In this document: in pieces, positions 12,737 to 24,513 of the stretch
Numbering within the stretch: position 1 is the first letter of the stretch
How the letters are laid out: each line of letters begins with the position of its first letter
From: Camelus dromedarius
Taxonomy: Eukaryota
Assembly: GCF_036321535.1 (NCBI RefSeq)
Contig: NC_087461.1
Location: 4,712,001-4,776,000, forward strand
Direction: 5' to 3'
Length of the DNA stretch: 64,000 nt
Translations under genes and position numbers: made by a program
The notes under the pieces: model-generated
What the model saw: the letters and a program-made list of their open reading frames with translations, nothing else
Told to the model about the DNA's origin: nothing
The model's database searches: none

Positions 12737-13639
12737 CACATTATGTCAGAGCCTTGGGCTTGGAGTATGGGGGAGTGTTCCATTCCCAGATCTACCTGTG
12801 GCTAAATACCTTAATATTTTTGACTCCAATTTTTCTCTCTCTAAAATAGAAACTACAATCCCCATTTCTTTTCCACTTTGCAGTGATGCTGTCAGAATAC
12901 TTGACTCCATATTTCTTGAAACTCTGAATCTTTGGAAGGTCCAATGCAATTGAGTTAGGAGTCAAATGTTGAAAATATTGTAGAGTTAGAGTCACTTTTA
13001 TGTGGAGTGGAGAGTTTCTTCCACTAGCATCGTAGTTGGAAAGAGGGGGTGAAAAATGGAACCCTGAAAGTAATACGACCATAGGGATTGCCCAGAGAGG
13101 CATGAACCTCATACCCAGCCTCCGTTTTCCGTGAGTCATTCCATGCCTGGCTTTGTCTGTCCGCTCAGGTACATTGGGAGATGAATATGACATTTGGGGA
13201 TCAAATTAGTGGGAGTAGGAAAGAGCACCTTCAGCCTGTAAGAGTAACCATGGCTAAAAGTTTATATTAATGGACACCAAAAAGGGTAAAAAGTTAGGGG
13301 GGAGAGGTATGCTGTCGTCAAGTAGAATAGTTCGGTTATTACCAAAGATGAAGAGTAGATAAAATTTCGATACTTAGATTCCTACTGCAGTTTTCGAGCA
13401 GTAAGCATTCCTGGCACTTTTTGCAACCGAATAGCATCGTAACCACCACGACTGCCGGAGGTCTGTTGGAGACGGTGTTCGCTGATGGTGTGGGGGAAAG
13501 GTGTGCTATCACACAGGTGCGGAGAAATACGACAGGGATTCACCGAGTGTTGATTGGTTTTCTGTCTGGGATTCCATCCTGCTCTCCACCCGACAGGTTC
13601 TCTTCTCTACTATGTAGATGAAACGGACTCATTCCTTAC

Positions 13640-13700
13640 CATCCCACCCCTAACAGGAGGCACCTTGGGTGCTTTTTGGAAGCACCTCCTTCCCGCAAAC
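13640..13700 (-). other. Candidate 61-nt internal exon ending in ATG
   Basis: Minus strand: ttcttttttctttcttttttttaattttcag|GTTTGCGGG...GGGGTGGGATG|gtaagg; strong acceptor and donor, non-repeat context. Confidence 0.45.
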
Positions 13701-14482
13701 CTGAAAATTAAAAAAAAGAAAGAAAAAAGAATCTTCCTTTGTGATCATTCTCTTGCTTCTCTTGGGTGTCACTTCAACACAACAGGCTCAGCCAGCTGTT
13801 TAAGGTGCTTGAATCTGGTTGCAGAGGGGAACGCCTGCGTGCCGACCCTACAGGCAGTCTCCTGAGTGGGGATTCAGTAGGCACATGGGCACGGTTGACT
13901 CCCAGGTTGCTTCGCCTGCTCCCGTTGACCTGGTCCTGGTATTCCGAGTCATTCCTGGCTTATCAGCCCTCATCCTCCCCTCCCAATCGGGTTCCAGATA
14001 GAAGCAATCACCTGACCCAAGAATGAGTGGTGGCTTCTTCCCTGGGGTTCTTGCTCAACAAGTCTTTATCAAATCTCTCCTCTGCAGGCTCTTCTTGTTG
14101 TTGGAAAAAAATTCTCCCTGAGGTGCTGTTTGCTCTTTTCTGACTTGCTTTTGGTCCCTTTTACATTCCTTTTGGCTGCTCCTGCAATTCCACAATCCCT
14201 ATCAGATCATCTGTGTTCTCCTCTCGCTGAGTCAGGAGCTCCCCAGTCTGGCTATTGTTCCTTCACTGCATTTCATCAGATTGAAGGAAGCATGAGCTTG
14301 TGGGGAATCTGTGACCACCGGGTATTCTGAACTGGACTGAACCCTCCGTGATGGAAGGGAAAAGTTTTCCTTAGGGTCTCTGCTGTTTCTCCATCCCACC
14401 TGGGTCAAGTCCAAAGTCACGGCTCAATTTATAATTTTTGAGTGGAAGAATGTTTTTTTCATACCCTCCTTCCCCAACTCTG

Positions 14483-14605
14483 CTTACCCTGTTAGATCTG
14501 AGAGCAATGATTTCTGTCTGTTTTGTTCCCTCTTCTATTCCCAGGGCCTGAATTAGTACCTGACACATACTAGGCTCTCAAGTGTTTGTTGAATGAATAC
14601 ATGAG
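14483..14605 (+). mobile_element. L2 3' end
   Basis: cccagggcctgaattagtacctgacacatactaggctctcaagtgtttgttgaatgaat. Confidence 0.75.
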
Positions 14606-16322
14606 CAACCTATTTCTGAAACCGGGTCTTTAGACCTCAGGGGCTGGCCCTGGGGGTCCTATTCACTTTTCTTAGGAGGAATCTGAGCATCTGTCAGACC
14701 CATATTTATATTTTAGCCTTTAGCTCCACTATCAGATGGGTCACTGTGGAGAAGTTGTGGGTCTTCCCACATTCCCAACCCTCTGTCCCCAGTACAAGTA
14801 CGTTTTAAGGTCTGTCCAGGGAACAGTCAAGATTTCACCTCCTAGTGTACTTGCTTGGCATCCCAGGTAGTGCTGAAGCCAGGCGGCCACAGATTCCTGA
14901 GGATGGAGTGATGCCCGCGGATGACAGATGGCCCATCAGAAAGCCCGGAAGAAGCTGGCTGACTCTGATTTGCTGTGATGAATTTGCTGCAGTTGTTGGA
15001 AAGCAAGCCATTGCATACTTGCCGTGGTATCATGGGTCTGCCCTTCTCCATCCCTGAAAAGGGGGTTCAGTGTTCCCATGTAAATCCTCTATGCAACTTG
15101 CTGTACCTTGCTTCAGGCGGGGGTGGTGGTGGGGCAACCCAGCTTCCAGTCATTCCCCAGGACAGCTGCCTTCGGGGGGCTCAACTGCCTTCCCTATTCC
15201 AATTAAACAAGAGACTTTTCACATTTTTCTTAAATGCTACCATATTCGTCTTTCATTTTCCACCTCCAGCAGGATGCCACGCTGCTGGGTGCTGTGCTTC
15301 TGACCTTTAATTAGTAATGGGGCATGTGAAATTTGTCATAGCACCTGGGTACCCTTCCGAGTGAACGGTACTCCGTATATGTAAGCCATGAGTGTTTCTT
15401 GACAGCTGAATACAAAATTTCCACTAAGTGCCACTTCACAGCATTGCTTTAAAGATATTTATTAGGCATTTTAACCATACAATGCAATTATAAGTCTAAT
15501 TAAAAATAATTGGCCAGCAAGGGGGACGAAAAATACCTTGAGACACCTGGTAAGCCAAACTTTCAGAAAGTTAAGACTCCACCAGCTAGAAGTTTACTTT
15601 AGTGGAAAAAAAGCCACTCGGCCTCCTCTTCCCCGGGTGGATAAACATTCTAGGGAAGTGAGGGACTGGAGCAAACCCTTAATTAATCCTGAATACAGAG
15701 GTTGATAAGGGCGAGGAACGTGGTGAGTTAGCTTACACATCCCAACCGGAGCTTTCCATCAAAAGTCTTTCCTCTGGCTTTGCAAATGCCATTTTAACAT
15801 CATCTCCGTGGAACAAGTCCAACGCGTCCACCTCCCAGCCCGCAGCCCTCCCCACCCCTGCTTGTTGTGGGGGAAAAGAGGTTTCAGCTTTAGAAAACAC
15901 TGTGTTTTTCTTGTTGTCATCGGAGCCTCTGTAGGACTAACAAAGCTCAGGGAAAACAAATTTTTTTTTTTTTTTTTTTTAAAGAAAGGAGGAAGAAAGG
16001 GGGAAAAGCGTGAGCTGGAGATTGTGGCAAGCTTTACAAATTGGCACGGTCTTATCAACAGCATTTCATGGTTTTCTGGAATCCTTTCAAAGGAGACTTG
16101 GCTTTGTAAGAGACGGTTTCAGCTTTTTATTATTTAAAGCTATATTTGAGAGTTTACGAAAATTGCTTTTTAGTCTCCCAGACTCTTAAAGCATCAATAC
16201 TGATGTTTCCTTCTTGTGAATGAATTTCCTTGCTGATGTGACTTGCTGTGAATCTAAGCTTTTCTTTCCGTCTCACTTGTGTTCTCTCTCTCTTTTTTTT
16301 TTTTTCGGTCCTGCTACCTTAG

Positions 16323-16333
16323 AAGATCATCAG
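16323..16333 (+). other. Candidate 11-nt microexon AAGATCATCAG
   Basis: About 60-nt AG-free pyrimidine tract, ccTGCtaccttag acceptor, CAG|gtatgt donor. Confidence 0.4.
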
Positions 16334-16904
16334 GTATGTCATTCCGGGCTCCTACCAGTGTCCCCTCTTCATTTAAGTAGGATTGGAAAGTCCCTTATGA
16401 TCAGGGACGCGTTTCTGTTCTGCAAGGTGGCGGTCAGCCTCACTCATCAGAGGCAGGTGATCACTACCCGTTTTTATTTCCAGGACACCATGCCAAGCCC
16501 TCAGCGCCTCCGTCTTTCACACTGGGACACAGGCTATTATTTGAACACCCACATGACAAATCCTGTGAAAGAATATAATTAAAGTGAACAATCTTTCTAA
16601 TTAAAGAAAAAAGCCCAAACGATCTCCAGCCCCAGCCAATGACTCATTTATTAAAACAATATTTGACAATGCAGAATTCTCCCACCAAAGAATTTAGAAA
16701 TCTTCAGAGCTTCCAGTGTAGGATTTTACCTGCAGAATCAGGTATTATGCATTCCTGTCCCTGAAGCTAGAAGTCAAGATCAAGAATTGTACATTTTAAA
16801 ACGTTTGTTTGGTTTTAAGGCTCACCAGGATGCCCTATGGTTCAAAACGGTGGATGACAGTTGACTTTTACTGAAGTCTTTAAAACAACAGGGTATGAAG
16901 TAGA

Positions 16905-17030
16905 TAATGAGCTCTTTTAGGTTCTTGCTCTGCTGTTAACAAGTTGGGAGATCTTGGGTAAAGTATTGGATCTTGGATAGATTTAATTCTTCCTAATCTG
17001 TAAAAATCTCACCCTTGAAGAGCTAGTGAG
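16905..17030 (+). mobile_element. MIR SINE
   Basis: aggttcttgctctgctgttaacaagttgggagatcttgggtaaag...cttcctaatctgtaaaa. Confidence 0.6.
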
Positions 17031-17056
17031 TATATATATTTTACCAGTTACTGCAC

Positions 17057-17157
17057 TAGCCTCCCAAACTATATCTATGTATGATTATATATAATCATAT
17101 AGATATGCAGGTACAGAGATAGACATATAATATAGATATTTATAGTTTGGGAGACTA
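17057..17157. repeat. Fold-back (inverted repeat) element
   Basis: Arms tagcctcccaaactata / tatagtttgggagacta (16/17 complementary); internal perfect 20-bp palindrome at 17080-17099. Confidence 0.85.
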
Positions 17158-19134
17158 TATAAAATTTTTCAAGGTGACATATATAAAATTTATAGTATAA
17201 GTTTATACATAAAAAATATCAAGGTGGCATGTCTTGGGGACTTTTGCAATAGCATTGTAGCTACAAAAAGAAGAATGAATGAAAGGGAAATGTCTCAGGA
17301 TTGACTGAAAGGCAGTGACTCAAAGAGAAAACAGAAGGTTGAGCGAAGAATTAAAGGGAAGAAAGTGTTCTGTGAATTGCAGCAATGCCTTTCTTGATAG
17401 GAGAGAGGCTGGCGCCTTAGAGGTGATATTTTAAAAAAATGAAAGCCTTTGCTAAATATGGCATTAGGATGGATGTGTGTGCCAATGAACAAACTGTTTT
17501 TAATTATGCGAGAAGTTAGTTACTGTTTCAATTACTTAGAAAGTGATTATATTGAAGCATTGTCCCCCTCCCCTCCGCCCCCTGCCCCGCCACCTTGAGT
17601 TGTTGGAACAGTTTGCTGTGATCAAGAACATATTCACGTATGAGAGTCGTTTCTTTAAAAACAGAACTCAGTTTCTAGAAAACTCCTGCTCCTCTCTTGC
17701 CTGACAAATATCTCCCATCAGTGAGAGCCTTGTTTGAACCTCATCTTAAATGTTGTGATGAAAAGTGAATTTAATATTTGCGCAAAGCTCTGTAGAAGGC
17801 CAGAAATCTGGTCAGTAACGTAACTGTGATTTGTTTGGGCTCCTGTTTGACTTTCTATGCAGGGGGTTTGAGACATCTACTAACTTAACTGAAGCCCAAG
17901 ATGCTAGAAAATTATCGGCGATCAGAGAACTAGAGAATGTGTGTTATGAAGCATTGTTCCCGTGACTTTAAAACAAGGACAGAGCAGTCAGCCCTGTAGA
18001 CATATATGCATGTGCCATGTAGACAAGTTACTTCAAACACATGGTAATACACAGCATCTTAACTCCCATGCCATGAGCTGTTGCTCATCTGCCTGGTGGC
18101 TTATGTATTTTTTCCTTCTTGACCGCTTCTTCCCATAAACTGTCATACGGAGGAGCTTCCAAAGTCATCCTTAAAATTCAGATCCACCCACTGTTCCAGT
18201 GTGGCCTTGGGGAGCTTTACTGTAAAACCGATGAGGTTACAAAATGGCAAAGGCAAATCCTTGGAAATTCCAAGGATGGCTCCTCCTTCGGACAGAACAA
18301 GAATGTCGGAGCCCGGCGTGTAAAACCAGAAATGAACCAATTAGCTCGTTAAGCATTTTGGGACTGAGGCTTGACCCCTTAAGAGGCACCAACCACAGTG
18401 GAGGTATTTTGGCCATTTGATATTCATGAGACTGGGACGGTTTAGGGTGAGCTAAGGGCTGAATACAAGGGGTTTGGCTTTCTAATGTAAACACCATTAT
18501 CATTTGGAAATCAATTAGCTCCTTGCACGGAGGGAACCAGAAGACCAGGGCCTTCTGAACTGCCATTGTGAGCTGGGGCTATTTGCTTTAATTAAGAGGA
18601 GACAGAGTGGATTATTGTCTCAAACTAAAGAGTTGGGAAGAGTCAGAAAATTACACTTTACCCTGGCGAACAACAAAGCTCCAGCGAGAGACAGGCTCCA
18701 CGGCAGGAGGGCCTTAAGCAAATTAGCTTTTAATCTGGAAACTTTCTGAGTGAGGATGCCTGCATCAAACAATTGGGAAAAAACAAATGGAAAAAAAAGG
18801 CCCTTCTAAATCATTCGGCTTGCCCTGTTTCCACATCAGGAAGATCTGTGTGATAAGTGTTGTCTTTTGCCATTTACTTGTCAGAGGTTTAGAATTTATT
18901 GTAAAAAAAATAATGTGAAGTTGGATCTTCAGTGCAAAAATGGTAGCAGCATTAATGTGAAAGCATTGTGCTGAAACCTGAAGGAAAAATGTAATACAGT
19001 CCTTGATTGGCTGAAAAAAAGTTTGGTAATTAGTAATCTATGATGTTACCCACTTGGGTTTCCACAATCTTTTCTCTTGCTGGGACTTTATGTCAGACCA
19101 AGTTACAGAAAAGAGTTGCAATTACCTTTTTCAT

Positions 19135-19925
19135 TCATTTTTCCATCCATCCATCCAATCAATAAACATTAAAGGTGAACTATGTGTCATAGACCTGGTT
19201 CTGGGAGATCCCTAGGAATAAGATGTAATATTTATTTGGGGAGAGAGAGAGAAGTAAACTCTAGTTGCTATGAGCATATAGGAGAAGTTTCTTGTCTTTG
19301 GGAGGGAATCCTGAGGGAGAGGCAGCAATGGCTGACAGAAGAAGAAAACACAGGCAAAGGCCAAAGGTGAGGAAGGTTTCAGTCCTGGGGCGGTCACCAT
19401 GGAGAGGTGGAGGGTCAGGTGTGTGAGGCAGGTGAAGGAAGGATAAATCAGAAGATGAGGGAGCTAAGCAGGAGGCAGGTTGAGGAGGGTTCTCGCTGGC
19501 GGGCTAACTCACGTTATCCTAAGGGCAAGGGGAACCTTTGAAACAAGTGAATGCGATGAGATAAATGTACATACTTTGGGAAGATCATTCTGATAGCAAG
19601 GTAGAAACTGGTTTGGAAAGAGCAAGATGGAAGATAGACAAATTCCAGGGCTGTTCTGATAATTCATGTGAGAGATGTCGGTGTTGATAGTGGGGACAAA
19701 GAAAAGAGGACTGATGATAGAAAGAAGGAATTGACAAGACTTTGTTGTTAATCAGAAGAGTAGGGGTGAAGACTATGGGGAGACAGAGAGGAATTCCCAA
19801 GTTTCTGGCTGGGGTAACTGCCTCGATGGAGATACCTAACATTCCCCAGCAAACAGCATCCCAGAAGAGGAGCAGATTTAGTTGGGGTTAGGAACTCAAG
19901 GAGATGCATTCTTAGTGCCCTAGAG
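19135..19925 (-). mobile_element. L2 LINE fragment
   Basis: Starts with cattcatt/catccatcc tail and aataaacatt; continues with gggaagatcattctgatagc...gaattgacaagacttt...cccaagtttctggctggggtaactg. Confidence 0.8.
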
Positions 19926-20349
19926 GTAGAGTGCGTGCATGCATGTGTGCATGTGTTTGTATGGATTGGCCTTTCCAGTGGGTAGAAAGAGAGCGACTTC
20001 AAAGGCATAAAAGAAACCAAATGATTATTTTAATAATAATCTGCAACCTCAGGGAGTTCCTTATTTTTGAGTGCTTGAGATTTTCCATGTATGAATTACC
20101 ATTTGGTATTAATTGAGTAAATAAGAGTCACTCTGAAGGGCTTTCTATAATTTAGGAAGCATTATTAGGTAGATAATATCTACTAAACGTGAACAAAAAT
20201 GATTCCAAAGTGGCTCATTTCCTTTAAAAAGGATTAGATAAGTAAAAAAAGTCCCCCCCCCACACTGACATATGCGATTTTTAATGCCTTCCTTATTAGC
20301 ATTTTCCTTTTATTATTTACAAATTTTATACCCATATGATCATAGCTAG

Positions 20350-20565
20350 TATTCATTGAATACTCGTTACATGTTTTACGTGCATTCGTTCATTGAATTC
20401 TTCCAACTGCCAAATGAGGCTGTTGTATTATTGTCCCTCTTTAACAGAAAAGGATATGGAGGCACTCAAAGTTCAGGGAACATGTCCGAGGTCATACAAT
20501 TGTTGAGTGAAGGAGCTAGGATTCAAATGCAAGCAGTCTGGCTTCATAATCCACACTCTTTCCAA
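20350..20565 (-). mobile_element. MIR SINE
   Basis: cattgaattcttccaactgcc...gaggtcatacaattgttgagtgaaggagctaggattcaaatgcaagcagtctggcttc. Confidence 0.8.
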
Positions 20566-21101
20566 TGCACTAAACTAGTTATAGCAACATGAGTGGAGAT
20601 TTAAAAGCGAATCACCCCCCACCATCCTACTAATACCCTGACATTCTGTGTTTTACTTTTCTGCGATCTCTTCCATGCTCTTTTCTGGGCTCACTGCTTT
20701 TAACTTCACCACCTACATATGCACGGTATTAGGCTGAAATTCTTCATGAGTAGATTTTAAAATATGTTTCTTAAGTTTTTAACTCTTTATCGATAGTTCC
20801 TATTCTGCTAGGAACTACTTATAGTTATTACATTCTCTGGTTACATTATAATCCCTGCAAAGCAGGAATCAGGTCTCCTAAATTCCAAATCATTCCCCCA
20901 GTACTCTTCATCTCAGAGAATGTGGCAACACCTTGGTAAAAAACAGTCAACTCTCAGCTGATGAGAAGTGCAAGAAGGTTGAATCCCAGGAGGGGGTAAA
21001 TATTAAACCAATTGAATGTTGGTGAGCTGTGCAATGTGCTGTTGTATTTAATATGCCTGCCAATCCTAGGACTGGGGTTATAGTTATTACTATCATTATT
21101 T

Positions 21102-21325
21102 TTTGAGTTATAATTAACATGCAATATGGTAGCTTCACTACAGCATAGTGATTCAATATTTTTATACATTATGATGCAATCACCACAATAAAACTGGTTA
21201 CCATCCATTGCTATCGTGTCACAGTACAGAGTTATTACAATATTGTTGATTCTATTCCTTACGCTGTACATTACATCCCTGTGACTTATTTTTCTTAGAG
21301 CTGGAAGATAATCTTGATCCCCTTC
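21102..21325 (-). mobile_element. L1 3' end fragment
   Basis: tttttgagttataattaacatgcaatat...tacagcatagtgattcaatatttttatacatt...gttattacaatattgttgattctattcc. Confidence 0.85.
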
Positions 21326-21329
21326 AGCT

Positions 21330-21460
21330 AGAGTTATTATTAGTAGCCCCGTTTTACAGATGAGGAAACTGAGGCATAGTACTTTGCCCCAGGTCACCCA
21401 GCCTAGTAAATAGTGCGGCTGGAATTTAAACACAGGTCGGTAGGACTTAAAACCCGGTGT
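21330..21460 (-). mobile_element. MIR SINE core
   Basis: ccccgttttacagatgaggaaactgaggcatag...ccaggtcacccagcctagtaaatagtgcggctggaatttaaacacagg. Confidence 0.9.
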
Positions 21461-22979
21461 GCTTCCCTGTATGTCTGCATTGTGCAGATGTGACATGCAG
21501 GATGTGAGATGCAAATGACATCAGTTTGGAAGAGCTTGCGAGGACTGGTTTCCACCTGAGATCTGAAAACAACCTTCACTTCCCACAGTTGTGCCCAAAT
21601 TGCCATTTCTCTATGGAGTGTGGATACAAAGCAAAGATCATTTTAAACCAGGAGGAGAGTGCCATTTGGAGTGATTTTTATCTGTCTGCTCTTTGCTGTT
21701 AACTTGTGCAAACTCATCTTGATCCAAGTAAACCCTTATGAATACAAAGCTCTGATCATGGGCTCCTTAGGAAACTGGTCACTCTGCACTAAATGTGACA
21801 CTTCTCATCTCTAACATTTAAATCTGCCCTGATGGCCAGCTTTGGTCCCCAGCCACCAAGTCAGGAGACATACTCAATATGGAGCTGATGTTACTGAGCA
21901 ACAAATAGCATTAAATAAGGAGATTTTAGTCCCTTTTATTACCACTCAATTCCTAACCCTACTTATGTCAGCTAAAAGCATAACTTTTCCTAATTAATTA
22001 AGGTGAATCACTTGATATTTATATTTATGGTAGTCTTGGAATATAAAATAATCTCAGAAAGAGAGACTTCACTGCTCATAAGATATCGATTACTGTAGAC
22101 TATTCCTCTAGGGTACATTGTTCATTGTTAGCTGTCTACTTTGTTTGAATTCTTGGCATATATAAAATAACTCCAGTCAATGCTATGGGCGAATTCAAGA
22201 CTCTCGTCCAACTTGGGCTTTGAGAGACTAACAATACGTCCTCAACTATCCCTGGTGAAGGATTATTTGATTTTCTCCTCCATCCACTGTAGACGCTTTT
22301 GCAAATACAACAGAAGAGTCGCTGCAATGTCAAATTGCTATAAAAGATTCTAAATGCTTGCTCTCAGTTTTTTTTTTTTTAACTTTGCTCGCTGTTGACT
22401 GTAAACAGTTCGCAAATAGGCCACACTTTGAGAAGCACTAACCAGACGATCTCCCAGCCTCTTTTTAGGTTATGCACATGGGCTTTTGGCTTTTGTTTTA
22501 CAATTGTCTTATAAAAGAGTGACAAAGGCCTCATCACTATATATATATATATATATAGTTTGTTTGTTTGTTTTCCCTGTTTGGGTATTCCCAGACATCT
22601 GGGTTATTTGACAGTCAAGAACAGGACTTTTACTCCAGGGAAGATGCTCTTCATCTACAATTTGCTTCAGACTCTCAATTGTTTCTGATAAACAAGGATG
22701 AGGGTTCATTTTCCTTTAAGAAAAGACTAGACTAAATATTATTCTAGTCATATACAAGAGAAGTCAGCCATCCTTTGCGAAGTTAATCAGTCTTCCTCTG
22801 GCATCTCATAGCTCTCAGGGAAGATTTTGCTATTGCTTTTGCTGCAATATCAAAGATAAATTTTATAGCAGCACTGGAATTTCTCTTTGTTTTTAGAAAT
22901 TTGGATCATCTTCTTTTGTTAGTAGAAAGGAGTGCAGGAAGACTCAGGGTGAAAAGCAGGTACCCCAAAATGCATACCA

Positions 22980-23145
22980 GTTGACATAAAAATGTTGATT
23001 TTTTTTATTTGATAATTATCATTTCTAGGAATTTACCCAAAGAACATATCTGAAAAGAAGAAAAAAAAAAACCTAAACAATGAAGATATTTATTGAATTG
23101 TCACTTGAAAATAATAATAATAAAGAAATGGAGACAACCTAAGCT
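22980..23145 (+). mobile_element. Ancient L1M fragment
   Basis: atttctaggaatttacccaaag...gaagatatttattg...aaagaaatggagacaacctaa. Confidence 0.6.
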
Positions 23146-24084
23146 AGAAGTCTACGGAAATGATTAAGTCAAGCAGAGTTTGTACACAGCTTGGGATGAG
23201 GCATAGCGACTTCAGATGATAAAAACTGCACCGAACACACACGTTTATGTACGCGTTGATTGAGAAAACAGAATGCAGCACAATGCCTTGGCCTGGGGCA
23301 AGGTATACGTGTTGGTCCTCCGTCTGTTTGCTCTGGCCTTTCCCCTGCTCTTTGCTGAGTGGCGTGGGTACTGACCCCACAGGTTCCCCTATCAGCTGAT
23401 TTCCAGCTGGACTCCATCAGTGCAGGCCTGGCAGGAGCCTAGCGGGTGGGAGGCAGGGAGCAGCTAGGGGTTTCTCTTCCCCTTTCTCTCTAGCTCCTCC
23501 TCCCACCCACGGACCCACCCACCGTGGTTCAGCTTCTGCTGGGGGACCACGGCCACTCCCTCTGCTAACATCGCCTCCTGCCTTATTTTTCCAACCGAAG
23601 GATGCAAGCAATTGCCTCGAGGTCTTCTGTTTGTCTTTTCAGCTCTGCTATCATTTGGGTCACCAATTCCCTGTATTATTTTCGCTCTATTTTGAATAGG
23701 TATGAGTGCTTTCCTTCCCTCCTTCCTCCCTTTTTCCTTCTTTCCTGCCTCTCTCTTCTGTTTGGCTCTGAGAAATATACCTGTGGCTTGGAGTCTGGCA
23801 GGGCTCTTTGGGAAAGGCTTCTGAGATGGCAAAGTTGCAGAGTGGAGGACCATCCCTTGGGGGAGTGAGGGCGCAGCGGGATTAGGATTTCGTGATGGTG
23901 GTGGAGGGAGACCACTCTGGGCTCTGGAGCTGGGAAAGAGGGAAACATATTTAATGACCTGCATCCCCTGTTCCTCATCTGGGATAAAGGACGCATGCAA
24001 GAATGTGGTGGGAAATAAGAGTGATGGTTGTGGTCTTGGAGCTCAGGAGGCAGGTCAATCTGTGTATTGTATAATATGTACACA

Positions 24085-24513
24085 TGGTGGCCAGCCTCCA
24101 GGATGGTGGCCCCTAGTACTCATGTCCTTATGTGTCCACACTGAAGAGGGCTGACTGTGAGGCCTGGAAGATGCTAAGGAAATGTCAGTGTGACTTCTGA
24201 GGCCAGGTCTGAAAGATACTGTGGCGTCTGCCTTGCTCGCTCTGAGATTACTTGCTGTGGACCACTGTCATGTAAGCAGCCCTGTAAAGAGATCCATGTG
24301 GCAAGAAACAGAGACCTAACTGGCCATGGATGTGAGGGAGCCACTGGGGTATCTTCCTGCCCCATCCCAGCCTTCAGATGATGCCACCACGACCAACAGT
24401 TTGCTACCTTGTGAGACCCTGAGTCAGAACCACCTGGGAGACAGTAAATGTTCATGGCTGATTTAAGCTACTGTTTTGGGCTGACTTGGTAATCAGCAAT
24501 GCACAGCTAATAT
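24085..24513 (+). mobile_element. MaLR solo LTR (MLT1F-like)
   Basis: ggccagcctccaggatggtggcccc...gtgacttctgaggccaggtc...agccttcagatgatg...gagaccctgagtcagaaccacc...tttaagctactgttttggg...agcaatgcacagctaata. Confidence 0.85.

Noticed and set aside
18119-18352. Possible processed-pseudogene fragment (77-aa ORF)
   Set aside because: No recognisable parent protein, no poly-A tail or TSD.
20954-21514. 186-aa minus-strand ORF
   Set aside because: Runs through MIR and L1 3' UTR sequence (VTWGKVLCLSFLICK is MIR read-through).
23464-24083. 135-178 aa ORFs
   Set aside because: Low-complexity purine/pyrimidine tracts and MIR-like sequence; no protein-like features.
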